A DNA stretch of 64,000 nt, taken from positions 124,001-188,000 of the forward strand of contig OZ025714.1 in NCBI GenBank assembly GCA_964019335.1, read 5' to 3'. This DNA comes from Diplonema japonicum. Lineage: Eukaryota; Protista; Euglenozoa: Diplonemea. This document shows, one piece after another, positions 34,108 through 43,857 of the stretch. The notes beneath the pieces were generated by a model. It saw nothing but the letters and a program-made list of their open reading frames with translations, made no database searches and was not told where the DNA came from. Both the position numbers and the translations under genes were made by a program. Each line of letters begins with the position of its first letter. Position 1 is the stretch's first letter.

Positions 34108-35377
34108 TCAAATTGCAATGGAGGGGCTTGCTGAGGGGAAGGTGACCCCCTTACTTTGCAAAGTCGCGACAGCTTCGAGCAGCGCGCGGGTGTTGACGTT
34201 GACGGTGGCGGGGAGCGGCGCAGGGGGGGAGAGGAGCTTGCTTGGCTGTGCATGTAAGTGTAATAAAAAAAAAAAAAAACAAAAAAAAAAAAACCCTCCA
34301 TACCGAAATCGAAGCTGGCGTCGCAGACGCAGTCCGGTAAGCACTGGAACGCGGCGGACTATGCTGCATACCCATTGCGACAGGAAGCGTCGGGGTGGTT
34401 ACCTGAACAGGGTAAGGATAAGGCGGGGGCGACATAGACGCCACTCTTTCAGGAACCCCTATCCTCGGCGGGGGGGGAAAGGAAAGCGACACATCAGGAA
34501 CGGTAACCGTCCCCGCAAAATGGGTAGAGAGAAGGGTGCGTAGAGACATGGATTCACGGTGTAGCACGCCAAGCTTTTCTGCGGCCGGCGCGGTTATGGA
34601 TGATGGTAAAGGCTGTGGGAGGTTTGACAAAATACTGCGGACTCGTTCGCCTTGTTCTAACATAACAAGTAAAGACCATTCCAGCTGGTCGCCGACATCT
34701 TCCAATGCAACGAGTTCGCCTGCAGTGATGTCCATTGAGTTCGTCAATGGGGTCGCTGACACGCTGACACCGCTGATCGCCGCGTCGCACTGCGTTCCCT
34801 TATCGCAGACAACCTTCCGCTTTTCAAAGCCGTCGTGGGTTGTTTGGAGCCCGACCTTTCCCTTTCCCTTGTATTTTGCTTCCAGCAGCTCGTAAAGCAT
34901 CTCTTCTTCGCCGTCGCATTCTTGAAAAATCTCGTTGATGTTCGCAAGCTTGCTCGGTTGGTGTTTGATGTAAAAACTTATTATCGCGTTGCGCCACACA
35001 CGCTGCTGTTCCACTGCCTTGATCCCCAACGACCCTTCATCTTCCTCTGGGTATTCCAGTCTTAGTAACGACATTCGTTTCCGTAGACCTTCTGTTGCTG
35101 CTGTGCTCTGGCTTACCATCGACGTGTGGGCTTGCAACACTACCTCAGGAGGGGTTCTTGGAGGGCTTCCTATGCCGCCTCCAGATGACTCGGATGGTTT
35201 TCGTTGGTATTTCTCTATCAGTGACGAATACAGTTCGGCCTCGGCGCCCTCATACTCCTCTAGTATCGCATCGACATCTTTGATCTTCAACGGGTTGTGG
35301 ATTCTGTAGAACTCTATCACCAACCGTTTCCACTCCCCCTTTGCAGATTTTATTGTTTCGCTTAGCTGTCGCTCCAT
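34108..35377 (-). CDS. Uncharacterised protein with two FY..H.P.K....I..EY.G.E..LY..L..KY helical repeats; 2 exons (35377-34304, 34245-34108), ~403 aa
   Basis: WKRLVIEFYRIHNPLKIKDVDAILEEYEGAEAELYSSLIEKY and WRNAIISFYIKHQPSKLANINEIFQECDGEEEMLYELLEAKY. Confidence 0.82.
34246..34303 (-). other. GT-AG intron, 58 nt, phase 0
   Basis: TCG|GTATGG...ATGCACAG|CCA; splices into the frame of ORF 34108..34344. Confidence 0.85.
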
Positions 35378-35540
35378 TTTTTTTTTTTTTTTTTCCCCCT
35401 CTCCCTTCTCCCGGACCCCTTTTTTTTGTTTTTTTTATTATCGGTTTTTTGAAGTTTTTAAAGTTAGAAAAAAAAAAATAAAATTCTTAGCCCGTAGGCT
35501 GAAAAGGTATAAAAAAAGGTCGGGTGTGTGGAAACACCTT

Positions 35541-38500
35541 TTACCCTGTGAATTCTGCCACCGGAACAGCTGTGAAGGATTGTACCTTCCACAGTGCCTG
35601 CAGCCCCGCTTCGTTCTTCGCGTTAAAGGATGTGGCGTATGTGTTCCCGTCGCATTGCCCCCACAGAAGACCGTCCTTGACCCCCACTACTGTTGCAAGG
35701 ATGGTTTCTGCAGGCTGCTGCAAGGGGGTCAACATGATCCGTTTGCCGTGACGAAGCCCGAAGATGCCCACAGCATTGTCACTTGTGTCAAAGAAACAGA
35801 CGGCCAACCCAACGCCAAGAAACTTGAAGGTTTTGGTAATGCCGCCGTTGTGCTCGTTCATCTGGCTTCGAATGGACCCGCCGGAATATACCTTCGGGAC
35901 TCCAAACTGTTCTAAATGCAGGTCTGCCACAGGGTTCTGCGTCTCGAAGGGTATGGGGTACTTATCAGAGGACATGGCGTACCACAGCCTTCCCCCCCGC
36001 ACACCAACAACCACAGACGAGTCTCTGCAGCTCGGTATTTGAAACTTCTGTCCTGGTTTCATCCCGTAGCGTTGGTGGGACTCTGCTGAGCAGTCGAAGC
36101 ATTTATCGCCGATCCTCAACGCAGGGGCAGCGGGGGTCCATGGCATCACCTTTCCGTGGAAGAGAAACATAGCTTCGTTCGTCTCTAGACTGACAATTCT
36201 AAAGGCACCGCTCCAATCGACCGCAACCCATAGATTCTCCTGTCGGATGCCGATAACCGTGATAACCTGTCCTTTATACCTCCCTGTGGTGCATAGATAC
36301 CGGTTGCCATGCAGAGTGTCGTACGCCGCGCAAGCTCGTGCCGAGATGTCGAAAAAGTGCGCTGTTCCAGTGCAGTCTACAAACTCAAAAGGATCGTGCG
36401 TGGGAAGCTCGTTGCCGTGGCTTATAAGAGTGAAGCTGTGCAGCGTAGTGATCTGTGAGTGGGATTTACCACGAAACGCGAACAAGCCCTTCCTGCCCTG
36501 CTGCTCATATCGGTAAAGCCGACCGCCGTGCACTCCGACAATCTCGCATCGTCTTCCTTTACAATCGCCGTTTGCATATTCCAAAATATCACCCGAACGA
36601 AAACCGAACGTATCTACGCAAGCCTCGTCGCTTACGTCGAGCAAAATGGTATCGCTTGTGTGAAGGGTGTACCTTAAAGGGGTGGTGGGTTGTTTTTCTA
36701 GGGCGAAGGACGGTGGGCTCAGTTCGACGGATTTGCCTCGCGCTTGCTTCACCCATTTGTGGGCCTTTCCGATGCCTGCCAGCGTGCAGAGCAACGATTT
36801 TCTTTTGGCGAGAGACTTTTGTCGTGTCGCATGAGAAGTGAACCATGTGCTGAGAGCCGGCGAGCTCTTCTTCATCAACAACGCACTCGCTACGTCTCGT
36901 CTTTCACGGAGCTCGCATTGTTGCAGCATCCTACGGGCGTCGATTTCGTTGTATACACACTGTGACCGCCACTCTGCTTCTAAACCTTTTGTTTTGTTCA
37001 CCTGTATTTTTAGGAACGTTTGTAATGTCGGGATTTCCACGACCAACCCGCAAGTTGTTTCCAGCACCACCAACCGCTTTACCAACATGTCGCTCCTTGT
37101 ATCGACGGGAACCTGCGCTGCATACAACGACAGAAGCCAAAACAGATAATCTCCAAAATGCTCCCTTGAGATGCCCAAGAGCCTGTTGTACATTTCCTTC
37201 GTCGGGGTCAACGGGACCCTCGTCAAAAATGGTCTTAGTATTTTATCGTCGATCTTGCTTCTCATGGGTGCTGGTGTGTCGTCACGCGGCGGGACGTCCT
37301 CCAACCTGTTCTCGTCGGCCTCGTCGATGGCTTTGCAGCAGCGTAGCTTGCTCAGAGGCATCTCGACGGCGTGTCCTTCCTGACCCAAGGCCCACAGCAT
37401 GTCGTTGTAAACTCCCAGTATTGTGTATCTAGATGAAGGCTTGTGCCACGACCAATACCGTTTCAGTTCGCCGTTTTCGGGTACGGTGGTCATCTGCGGC
37501 GTGGCGACCCTCTCCAGCTCTTGCAGCCGCATCCCGTGGTTCAACCCTTCGGCGATCTTGTCGATCTCTTCTTGCCGTGTGTCGAAGCCGAGCATGATTC
37601 CGTCCTCTGACGACCTCTTGCACGCGATGTACGGTAGGGTGTACTCATGGTGTCTCCACGAGTTCACAGCCACAGCGCCGAAAGGGTTAGTGACGCTCGG
37701 CAACTGTCCCAACCCGTCTGTCCAGATGGTGTACCGTCCTGCAAGCTCTTCCGCAGAGCTCCCCGCCCACGGCTTGCATGCTACGTGTCCTTCATCGACG
37801 CGCCACAGCTCGCCCATCCATGTTCCCACTACCGTTGATGTCGTCACCTTCGTCGGACAGCCGGCAGGGTGCCACTTCACCCTCTGCATGTGGTACTGCC
37901 GAAAGATATTGCAAGACCCGTAACCTGCATCGAGCGTGATGTACTCCCCGAAGTACGCCAGTTGCGTGTACGGTGTGTAGGTTGCAGCCTTCGTGAGACC
38001 CGGAGCGTTGGCCGCAATGATCGCGATGGAAGCAGTGCGTCTGGGATGGTTCGCAAGCAGGCTGTGCGGGTCGAGCATCGGCTCGTGCGGCGTCGCCACC
38101 ACAACATACGTCCCTTCCACAAGATGCAGGATGTCGAAGTGCTTCTGAAACGGCACCCTTGCGGTGCACACCCTCCCGTCCCGCATCCCTAGTACGACGG
38201 CAAAGCTTCCAACGTTTTCCCCCTTCACAATCTTGACTACCATCCCGTGGACAAGGCTGTGCTCCATTGTCGACGACACCCTGACTTCGTACGTGGTGAC
38301 GCTTTGCTCGTTCACCGTCACGGTCTTAGGGAGGTCGGTGTATTTGTACTTGTAGTTAAGAGTGAACTGGTAAAACCCGCTGTCCGTCAGAGGGTATTGT
38401 TGTACCTCTCCGGTGTTTAGGACAAGGTGGTACAGGTTTTCTCCCTTGCATCCGAGGATGCACGATCGCATGTTTGCAAGGTCGCCAGCACGGTGAAGAA

Positions 38501-40250
38501 TGACCTGGTAGGCATGCTTTTCATAGACCTCCATGAACCGCTCGTTGGTGTTGTAGTCGGTGCCGTTGTGAATCAGGCGGGCAGGGTACTCGAAAGGAGG
38601 GTCCCAGCCGATAAGTTCCAGCTGGTAGTACTTGATAATTGCCGACCACGTTGTGTAGTTAAAGGAGCGGAGGGTGCCGCCATCCTCATGGTGCCACAGG
38701 AGCCCTCCGAGCGTTCCGACAATGGTGGTGACGATGCCACGGTGATTCGTGGATCGTATCAGACAGCGCTGCCCTGGTTTCAACCCGAAAGGGGAGCATG
38801 CAGCATCCGAGACGTCGAAGGTGAGCACGCCATTCCCCGGCATGTAGTAGAGCAACGGAACACTGATGTTCTTCTCGACAGTGTTGAATTCCACAGGGGC
38901 AGCAGAAGCGGGACGGAGCTTTTCGATGACGCTTTGCAGCGGGCGGTCCAGGATCGACGGGCGTGGCTTTGCAGAGTCACGCCCTGCATGTACTAACCGC
39001 TGCACAGCCGACTTGAAATCACTCTTAACAGAATCTTCCGGTGCTTCAAACGCACCCCCGCCGTCCCTCCAGGCAAGGCATACCCGCACAGCATGGTCTC
39101 GTCGCTCGATCGACACGACGCACCATGATGAAAACGGTTGAACAAGCACCACGCCTGGAAGTGGAACGTAGTCGGAGGCAACGAACCCCCACACCTTTCC
39201 CTTAAGAACCAGAACCACAGGGTGCCGCGCGGGGCGGTTGGCACCCTCGTGTCTGCAGCACAGAATCTTCGGGAAGGTGACCCTAATACCCAGGGTGAGC
39301 CTCGCGAATTTCTCCACTTCGTCCTGCGGAGCATCGAACCCCGCTACCAGTACCTTACCCGACGGGGGCGCAGGGAGCTCCGACGAGCAGCATTTGTACA
39401 ACGTGAGTATCTTATAGAACGGCTTCATGATGTCCAGAACATCCTGCGAAATGTTCTCCCACAAAGGAACGGACTCGAGCGCCACAAGGCGGAGCGTCAT
39501 TTCGTGGTACGAATCGGCCGGCATGCGGTCGGGGGCGGTGTTCTTCGTGAACAGCAGCGTTTTAAGAAGCAGGCTAGGGGACTGAAGGAGAAGGTACACA
39601 GTCAATCTGACAAGAGGGTTCGATCCCTCGGCCGGCTGGGAGCCTTCCAAAGCAGAAGTGATGGTTCCGAGCAACACGACAGGATCGACGTCTTCCCCAC
39701 GTGAAGAAGGTGTGGGGACAAGGTTCAACAGATCTTGAAAGGTATCTGTTGCGGATGATGATGTCCACACATCAGACGTCAGGGAGTACACAAGAGAAAG
39801 GTTCTGCTGGTTGAGGAGGATGGGGCACGTCGTCGGCGTCTTCAGGTCGAGGTTTTCAACACAATGGTTTATACTCATTTTGTTCACCAGAGACAAGGGG
39901 ACTGCTTCCCCTGCTTCGATTTTGCCGATGCCCACCAGACCGTATCTGGCGGTTAAATCCTTTTGCGATTTTGCGTGGAAAGCTGTTGCGCCCTGTTCGC
40001 CGTCTTGGTGTCTCCACAGCCAGCCGTCCAGCACACCTATGATGGTGGCCTCAGTGCCTTTCCATCTGCCTTTCTGAGCCACAACCCTCTGCCCATGATG
40101 GAAACCGAAAACTTCGCAGGACATCGGGAGTGTGTCGAATTCCTTTACCTCTCCGCTGTTTCTCCATTTGTACCTGTACCTTTTCTTGCGGTCTAATTGC
40201 TCTGTCACGGACCGTGGGTTGTTCAGGCGTAGGCAGTGCTTGAGTTCCAT
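35541..40250 (-). CDS. Protein with ~10 degenerate ~55-aa beta-rich (SH3/KOW-like) repeats, ~1569 aa
   Basis: Recurring FD.S..AC..FG...GQR.....G...G....T(V/I)VG...G.LW...DG. Probable start MELKH at 40250. Confidence 0.85.
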   Translation of the reverse strand: MELKHCLRLNNPRSVTEQLDRKKRYRYKWRNSGEVKEFDTLPMSCEVFGFHHGQRVVAQKGRWKGTEATIIGVLDGWLWRHQDGEQGATAFHAKSQKDLTARYGLVGIGKIEAGEAVPLSLVNKMSINHCVENLDLKTPTTCPILLNQQNLSLVYSLTSDVWTSSSATDTFQDLLNLVPTPSSRGEDVDPVVLLGTITSALEGSQPAEGSNPLVRLTVYLLLQSPSLLLKTLLFTKNTAPDRMPADSYHEMTLRLVALESVPLWENISQDVLDIMKPFYKILTLYKCCSSELPAPPSGKVLVAGFDAPQDEVEKFARLTLGIRVTFPKILCCRHEGANRPARHPVVLVLKGKVWGFVASDYVPLPGVVLVQPFSSWCVVSIERRDHAVRVCLAWRDGGGAFEAPEDSVKSDFKSAVQRLVHAGRDSAKPRPSILDRPLQSVIEKLRPASAAPVEFNTVEKNISVPLLYYMPGNGVLTFDVSDAACSPFGLKPGQRCLIRSTNHRGIVTTIVGTLGGLLWHHEDGGTLRSFNYTTWSAIIKYYQLELIGWDPPFEYPARLIHNGTDYNTNERFMEVYEKHAYQVILHRAGDLANMRSCILGCKGENLYHLVLNTGEVQQYPLTDSGFYQFTLNYKYKYTDLPKTVTVNEQSVTTYEVRVSSTMEHSLVHGMVVKIVKGENVGSFAVVLGMRDGRVCTARVPFQKHFDILHLVEGTYVVVATPHEPMLDPHSLLANHPRRTASIAIIAANAPGLTKAATYTPYTQLAYFGEYITLDAGYGSCNIFRQYHMQRVKWHPAGCPTKVTTSTVVGTWMGELWRVDEGHVACKPWAGSSAEELAGRYTIWTDGLGQLPSVTNPFGAVAVNSWRHHEYTLPYIACKRSSEDGIMLGFDTRQEEIDKIAEGLNHGMRLQELERVATPQMTTVPENGELKRYWSWHKPSSRYTILGVYNDMLWALGQEGHAVEMPLSKLRCCKAIDEADENRLEDVPPRDDTPAPMRSKIDDKILRPFLTRVPLTPTKEMYNRLLGISREHFGDYLFWLLSLYAAQVPVDTRSDMLVKRLVVLETTCGLVVEIPTLQTFLKIQVNKTKGLEAEWRSQCVYNEIDARRMLQQCELRERRDVASALLMKKSSPALSTWFTSHATRQKSLAKRKSLLCTLAGIGKAHKWVKQARGKSVELSPPSFALEKQPTTPLRYTLHTSDTILLDVSDEACVDTFGFRSGDILEYANGDCKGRRCEIVGVHGGRLYRYEQQGRKGLFAFRGKSHSQITTLHSFTLISHGNELPTHDPFEFVDCTGTAHFFDISARACAAYDTLHGNRYLCTTGRYKGQVITVIGIRQENLWVAVDWSGAFRIVSLETNEAMFLFHGKVMPWTPAAPALRIGDKCFDCSAESHQRYGMKPGQKFQIPSCRDSSVVVGVRGGRLWYAMSSDKYPIPFETQNPVADLHLEQFGVPKVYSGGSIRSQMNEHNGGITKTFKFLGVGLAVCFFDTSDNAVGIFGLRHGKRIMLTPLQQPAETILATVVGVKDGLLWGQCDGNTYATSFNAKNEAGLQALWKVQSFTAVPVAEFTG

Positions 40251-40807
40251 TCGTCCATCCGATTCTCTTTCTAACGGTGGGTGAACGGGTTTTGTCTTTA
40301 CCGGAGAACAAGAAAAGAAAAAAAAAAAAAGAAAAAAGAGAAGAAGAATGAGAGGTATTTCTTTTGGGGAAAAAACCATGAAAGAAAACTGGTTTTCCCT
40401 TTATCAAAAAAGTTGCGTGTTTTTTTGTTTTTTGTTTTTTTTTTTCCATAAGAAAAAAAAAAAAAACAAAAGAACAGCTGTACAGGCCTTCGGTTCCTTT
40501 GTGTGGGGTTAAAATGTGTCTGGTTGAAATACAACTGGTACACAAGGGAGGGAGGGAAGAAAAAAAAAGAAGAAAAAAAAAATCGCCCACACTGAAAGCA
40601 TGTGTGCATGTTCTTGCATAAATTTATTCGGTTCTTTTTTGAGTTGCTTTCTTTTTTTTTAAAAAGAAGGGTAAACATTTCATATCTCCACAGCGCCGAG
40701 CATTCTTGTGTGGTAAGAATGCTGCGTGCACGTCTTTCTTATTTCAGAGAAGGAGGAGGAGAAAAAAAGAACGTTGGGTGTTCTCTTCTTAATTAACGAA
40801 TTTGGAT

Positions 40808-40839
<32 letters not shown>

Positions 40840-40959
40840 CCAAAACTGTAAGGGTCGGGGTGCTCGGCTTATAACGTCAGCATCCTTGTGTCGCCGTATA
40901 CCTGAGACCTAATAGTTTTGAAGAAAAAAAGAAGGAAAGAAAAAAAAAAGAGAAACCGC

Positions 40960-41280
40960 TCACAACCCTTCGTTTAAAGTGTCATAGGTTTCCGGCTTGT
41001 CTGTTATCTTGGATAGTTCACAACTGCGAGAAGTGTCACATTCTTTTCTTGGGGGCACGCTCCTCACAATAATGAAGTACACAGCGCAGCCCAGAAAAGC
41101 CGCCATAGTCGCTACAAGTCCTATCAGCACCACGCGTGTTGCCATGCTAGAGCCTCCCTCCGAACTGTTGTCATTCCATTCCGGCCCTTCTATACCTCCT
41201 GTCTTGTTGCTATTGTTGTTATCTCCAAGCCCCAAGCACGAGCACCCCCCAGCGGCGAGTACTGTAAGGGTGGCTTTCAT
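40960..41280 (-). CDS. Small type I membrane protein, 106 aa
   Basis: Short signal-like N-terminus, N-glycosylation sequons, TM VVLIGLVATMAAFLGCAVYFIIV, and a YDTL motif in the tail. Confidence 0.6.
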   Translation of the reverse strand: MKATLTVLAAGGCSCLGLGDNNNSNKTGGIEGPEWNDNSSEGGSSMATRVVLIGLVATMAAFLGCAVYFIIVRSVPPRKECDTSRSCELSKITDKPETYDTLNEGL

Positions 41281-41914
41281 GTGGTAAGCACCTAAATATG
41301 TGTTTTAATGGCGCAGAAGACAGGACTATAAAAAAAGAATTAATTGAAATGTTTTGTCATGCAAAGCAAAAAGAAAGAGAGAAAGCACGGGAAAGAGAGC
41401 GCAGCCTCCACGTGGAACATAACAAACATGGCCCCTTGGTGCAATAATCAATGGCAGCTCGGTGCCTGCCAATAAAATATGATTCTCCTGAAAGAAGAAG
41501 ACGGGCTCTAAGTCCCTCCCTCGCCTTGTTTAGGGACTTGTACTGTAACCCCATGGAATACCCTCAAAATAGATCAATCGAAACAGCAGTGAGTTCTTTT
41601 AGAAAAAAGAAAAGTAAGATAGGTCACAATGATGGGTGAAGCGCAGTGGCTTGCGACGCCTCACTGTGCAGAAGGAACCGTACATCAATGCGAATAAAGA
41701 GATTAAAAAGATAGCCTTCTATTCTTCATCTTTCGACATATCCCTGAAAAAAGTAGCAAGGGAGAGGGGAGGGGGGCGAAACAAAAATGCACCAATATGC
41801 CAACCTATTTGTTTTTCCTTCAACAGGTTTTGCAGTCGTTTGTGAAATCACGAATTAACAAAAAAAAAAAAAAAAAAAAAAAAAGGGATATCAAAAAATA
41901 TTAGGATAGGATAT

Positions 41915-42179
41915 CAATACGAGGCAGTACCTTGTGACAGTGGACAGTTTAAGCTTTTACTTTTGTCCACGCACGGGACCACATTCCTGTGCTTCAGCTG
42001 CAGCATGTTCTGCACCTCCTTCACGCCCTCGCGTAGTCCTCCTTCGTCGCCGCCTCCACCACCTTCATCGCAAACTCCTTCCCGTCAACCTCCCTCACCG
42101 CCTTGTACACAGACCCCTGGCCCCCTGACCCGAGGTGCTTCCCTTTCCTGTACTTCTCAAGGTTCTGCACTTCCTGCAT
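41915..42179 (-). pseudogene. Ser/Thr protein kinase N-lobe remnant (not in ORF track)
   Basis: MQEVQNLEKYRKGKHLGSGGQGSVYKAVREVDGKEFAMKVVE..DYARA*, then after a 1-nt frameshift KEVQNMLQLKHRNVVPCVD. No C-lobe (HRD/DFG) seen downstream. Confidence 0.88.
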
Positions 42180-42824
42180 CTTTTCTTTTTTTTTTTTACG
42201 GTGTGTGTGTTTTTTTCCTCTCTTTTTTTTTTAGTAAATCTTCACTGTGGGATGTATACCACCTGTGGTGTGACTCGTGGCTTTCATGAAAACACAAAGG
42301 AGGGCGCAAAAGGGAAACAGCGCACACGTCTAAAGAAAAAAAGAGAAAAAAAAAATAGAAGAAACAAAAAGAAAAGGAAGAAAAGAAAACTTCTTCTTCT
42401 GATTAGACTCGGCTGGTCTGAAAGAAATAGAGAGTTCTTTTGCTGATTTCTTCTTCTATTTTTTTTTTTCTTCAACCCCCCCACTCTCAAAGGAAAGGGG
42501 GGTCTGGTACGTTGCTTCGATTCTTTTCCCTTCATTTTCTCTTCTTTTTTATTTTATTTTATTTTTTTTTTCTAATTTTACTAGTATTCAGCTTGTTGTC
42601 TTGTCAAGAAAGGATAGAAAAAAAAGGAAAACACGGCGGCCTTCTGACACGTTCAGGTGACAGGATCGCAAAAACGAGAAAGAACAAAAAAAGAAATAAA
42701 AAAAAAAAGGTCGATCAACGTTTTCCTTTTTTTCTTCTCCCCCCTTTTACAAATCCCAATTTTTCTTCTGTATATTTTGTTCCCCGAACATCCCCCCCAA
42801 AAAAAACCTTTTTTTTTCTGTACA

Positions 42825-42861
<37 letters not shown>

Positions 42862-42918
42862 AACAACAACAGGATTTTCAAAAATTCTGGGTTTTCCCCC
42901 CTCACCACTGTCCCCGAT

Positions 42919-43826
42919 TCACAACAGCTTAGACACATCATACCCTTGCCGGGCAGTGTCAAGGAGAGATTGCAAGTGAGCATTCTCGTCTCGTCTGGAG
43001 TGCAGCTGTGATTTTTTTTTTTTTTTCTCTTTTCTTTTTTTTTTTCTTTCTTTTTTTTTTTTTTCTTCTTTTCCCATACCCGAGCGTCTCGTACGTCAAG
43101 CTCCGTGCGCAGGTCGTGCAGCTCATTGTCAAGCTGATCATGTTCAGAGCGACGCAAGCTGAACTGAGCTTCTCTCTTCTCCAGCTCCGACCGCAGGAAG
43201 GCCACCTCATTCTGTGAAGTGTAAAACGGCGAAACAGGCCTCCAGGGGCTAACTGGTTCCGGAAGCGGAGCTTGCCCCATAGGGCTTGTGTCCCCAAACT
43301 CGAGTGTCTGTTGCGGTTGGAACGAAGGTGTGTACTCCCTGTGGTTTGGGCTCGACGAAGGCACCTGAGGGAGGCTTGCTGGAAGCTGCGGAAGGTTATT
43401 CACCGGTCGGAGCGGCACCACAGAGTGCGGCACAGCAGAGTGCGGCACAGCATACGAGTCAAGGTTAGACGGGACATACTTGTCCGTTGTCGTAAATCCT
43501 TGATCGATCGCATTGTCCACGTTCTGAATATCAACGTCCACACTTCGCTGCAACGGGGCAGGCGGTGCAGGTTCCATCCTTCCCATATCCAGAGGCGGCT
43601 CCTCGTGCAGCATTGCTTCCGTCTTTTCCTTCATGGGGAATTCCTTGTTGGTGGCCTTGTGTTGTGGGAGGGGTGAGTTTATTCTTCTTTTTTTTTTTTC
43701 ACGAACGTACCTCTTTCTTTTTGTCCTTCTTATACCGCAGATATGCCACAAGCATGATCAGCAAAAACAAGACAAGCCCGATGATCAACCAGAACCACCA
43801 TTGGCTGAGGATGCTGTCAGAGCTCT

Positions 43827-43857
<31 letters not shown>

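Noticed and set aside
42908-42943. Possible extra 36-nt intron (GTATGA...GGACAG) spanning the CHRD gene stop codon
   Set aside because: Splicing would run the frame into poly(T), whereas the unspliced reading ends cleanly. Left uncounted pending cDNA.
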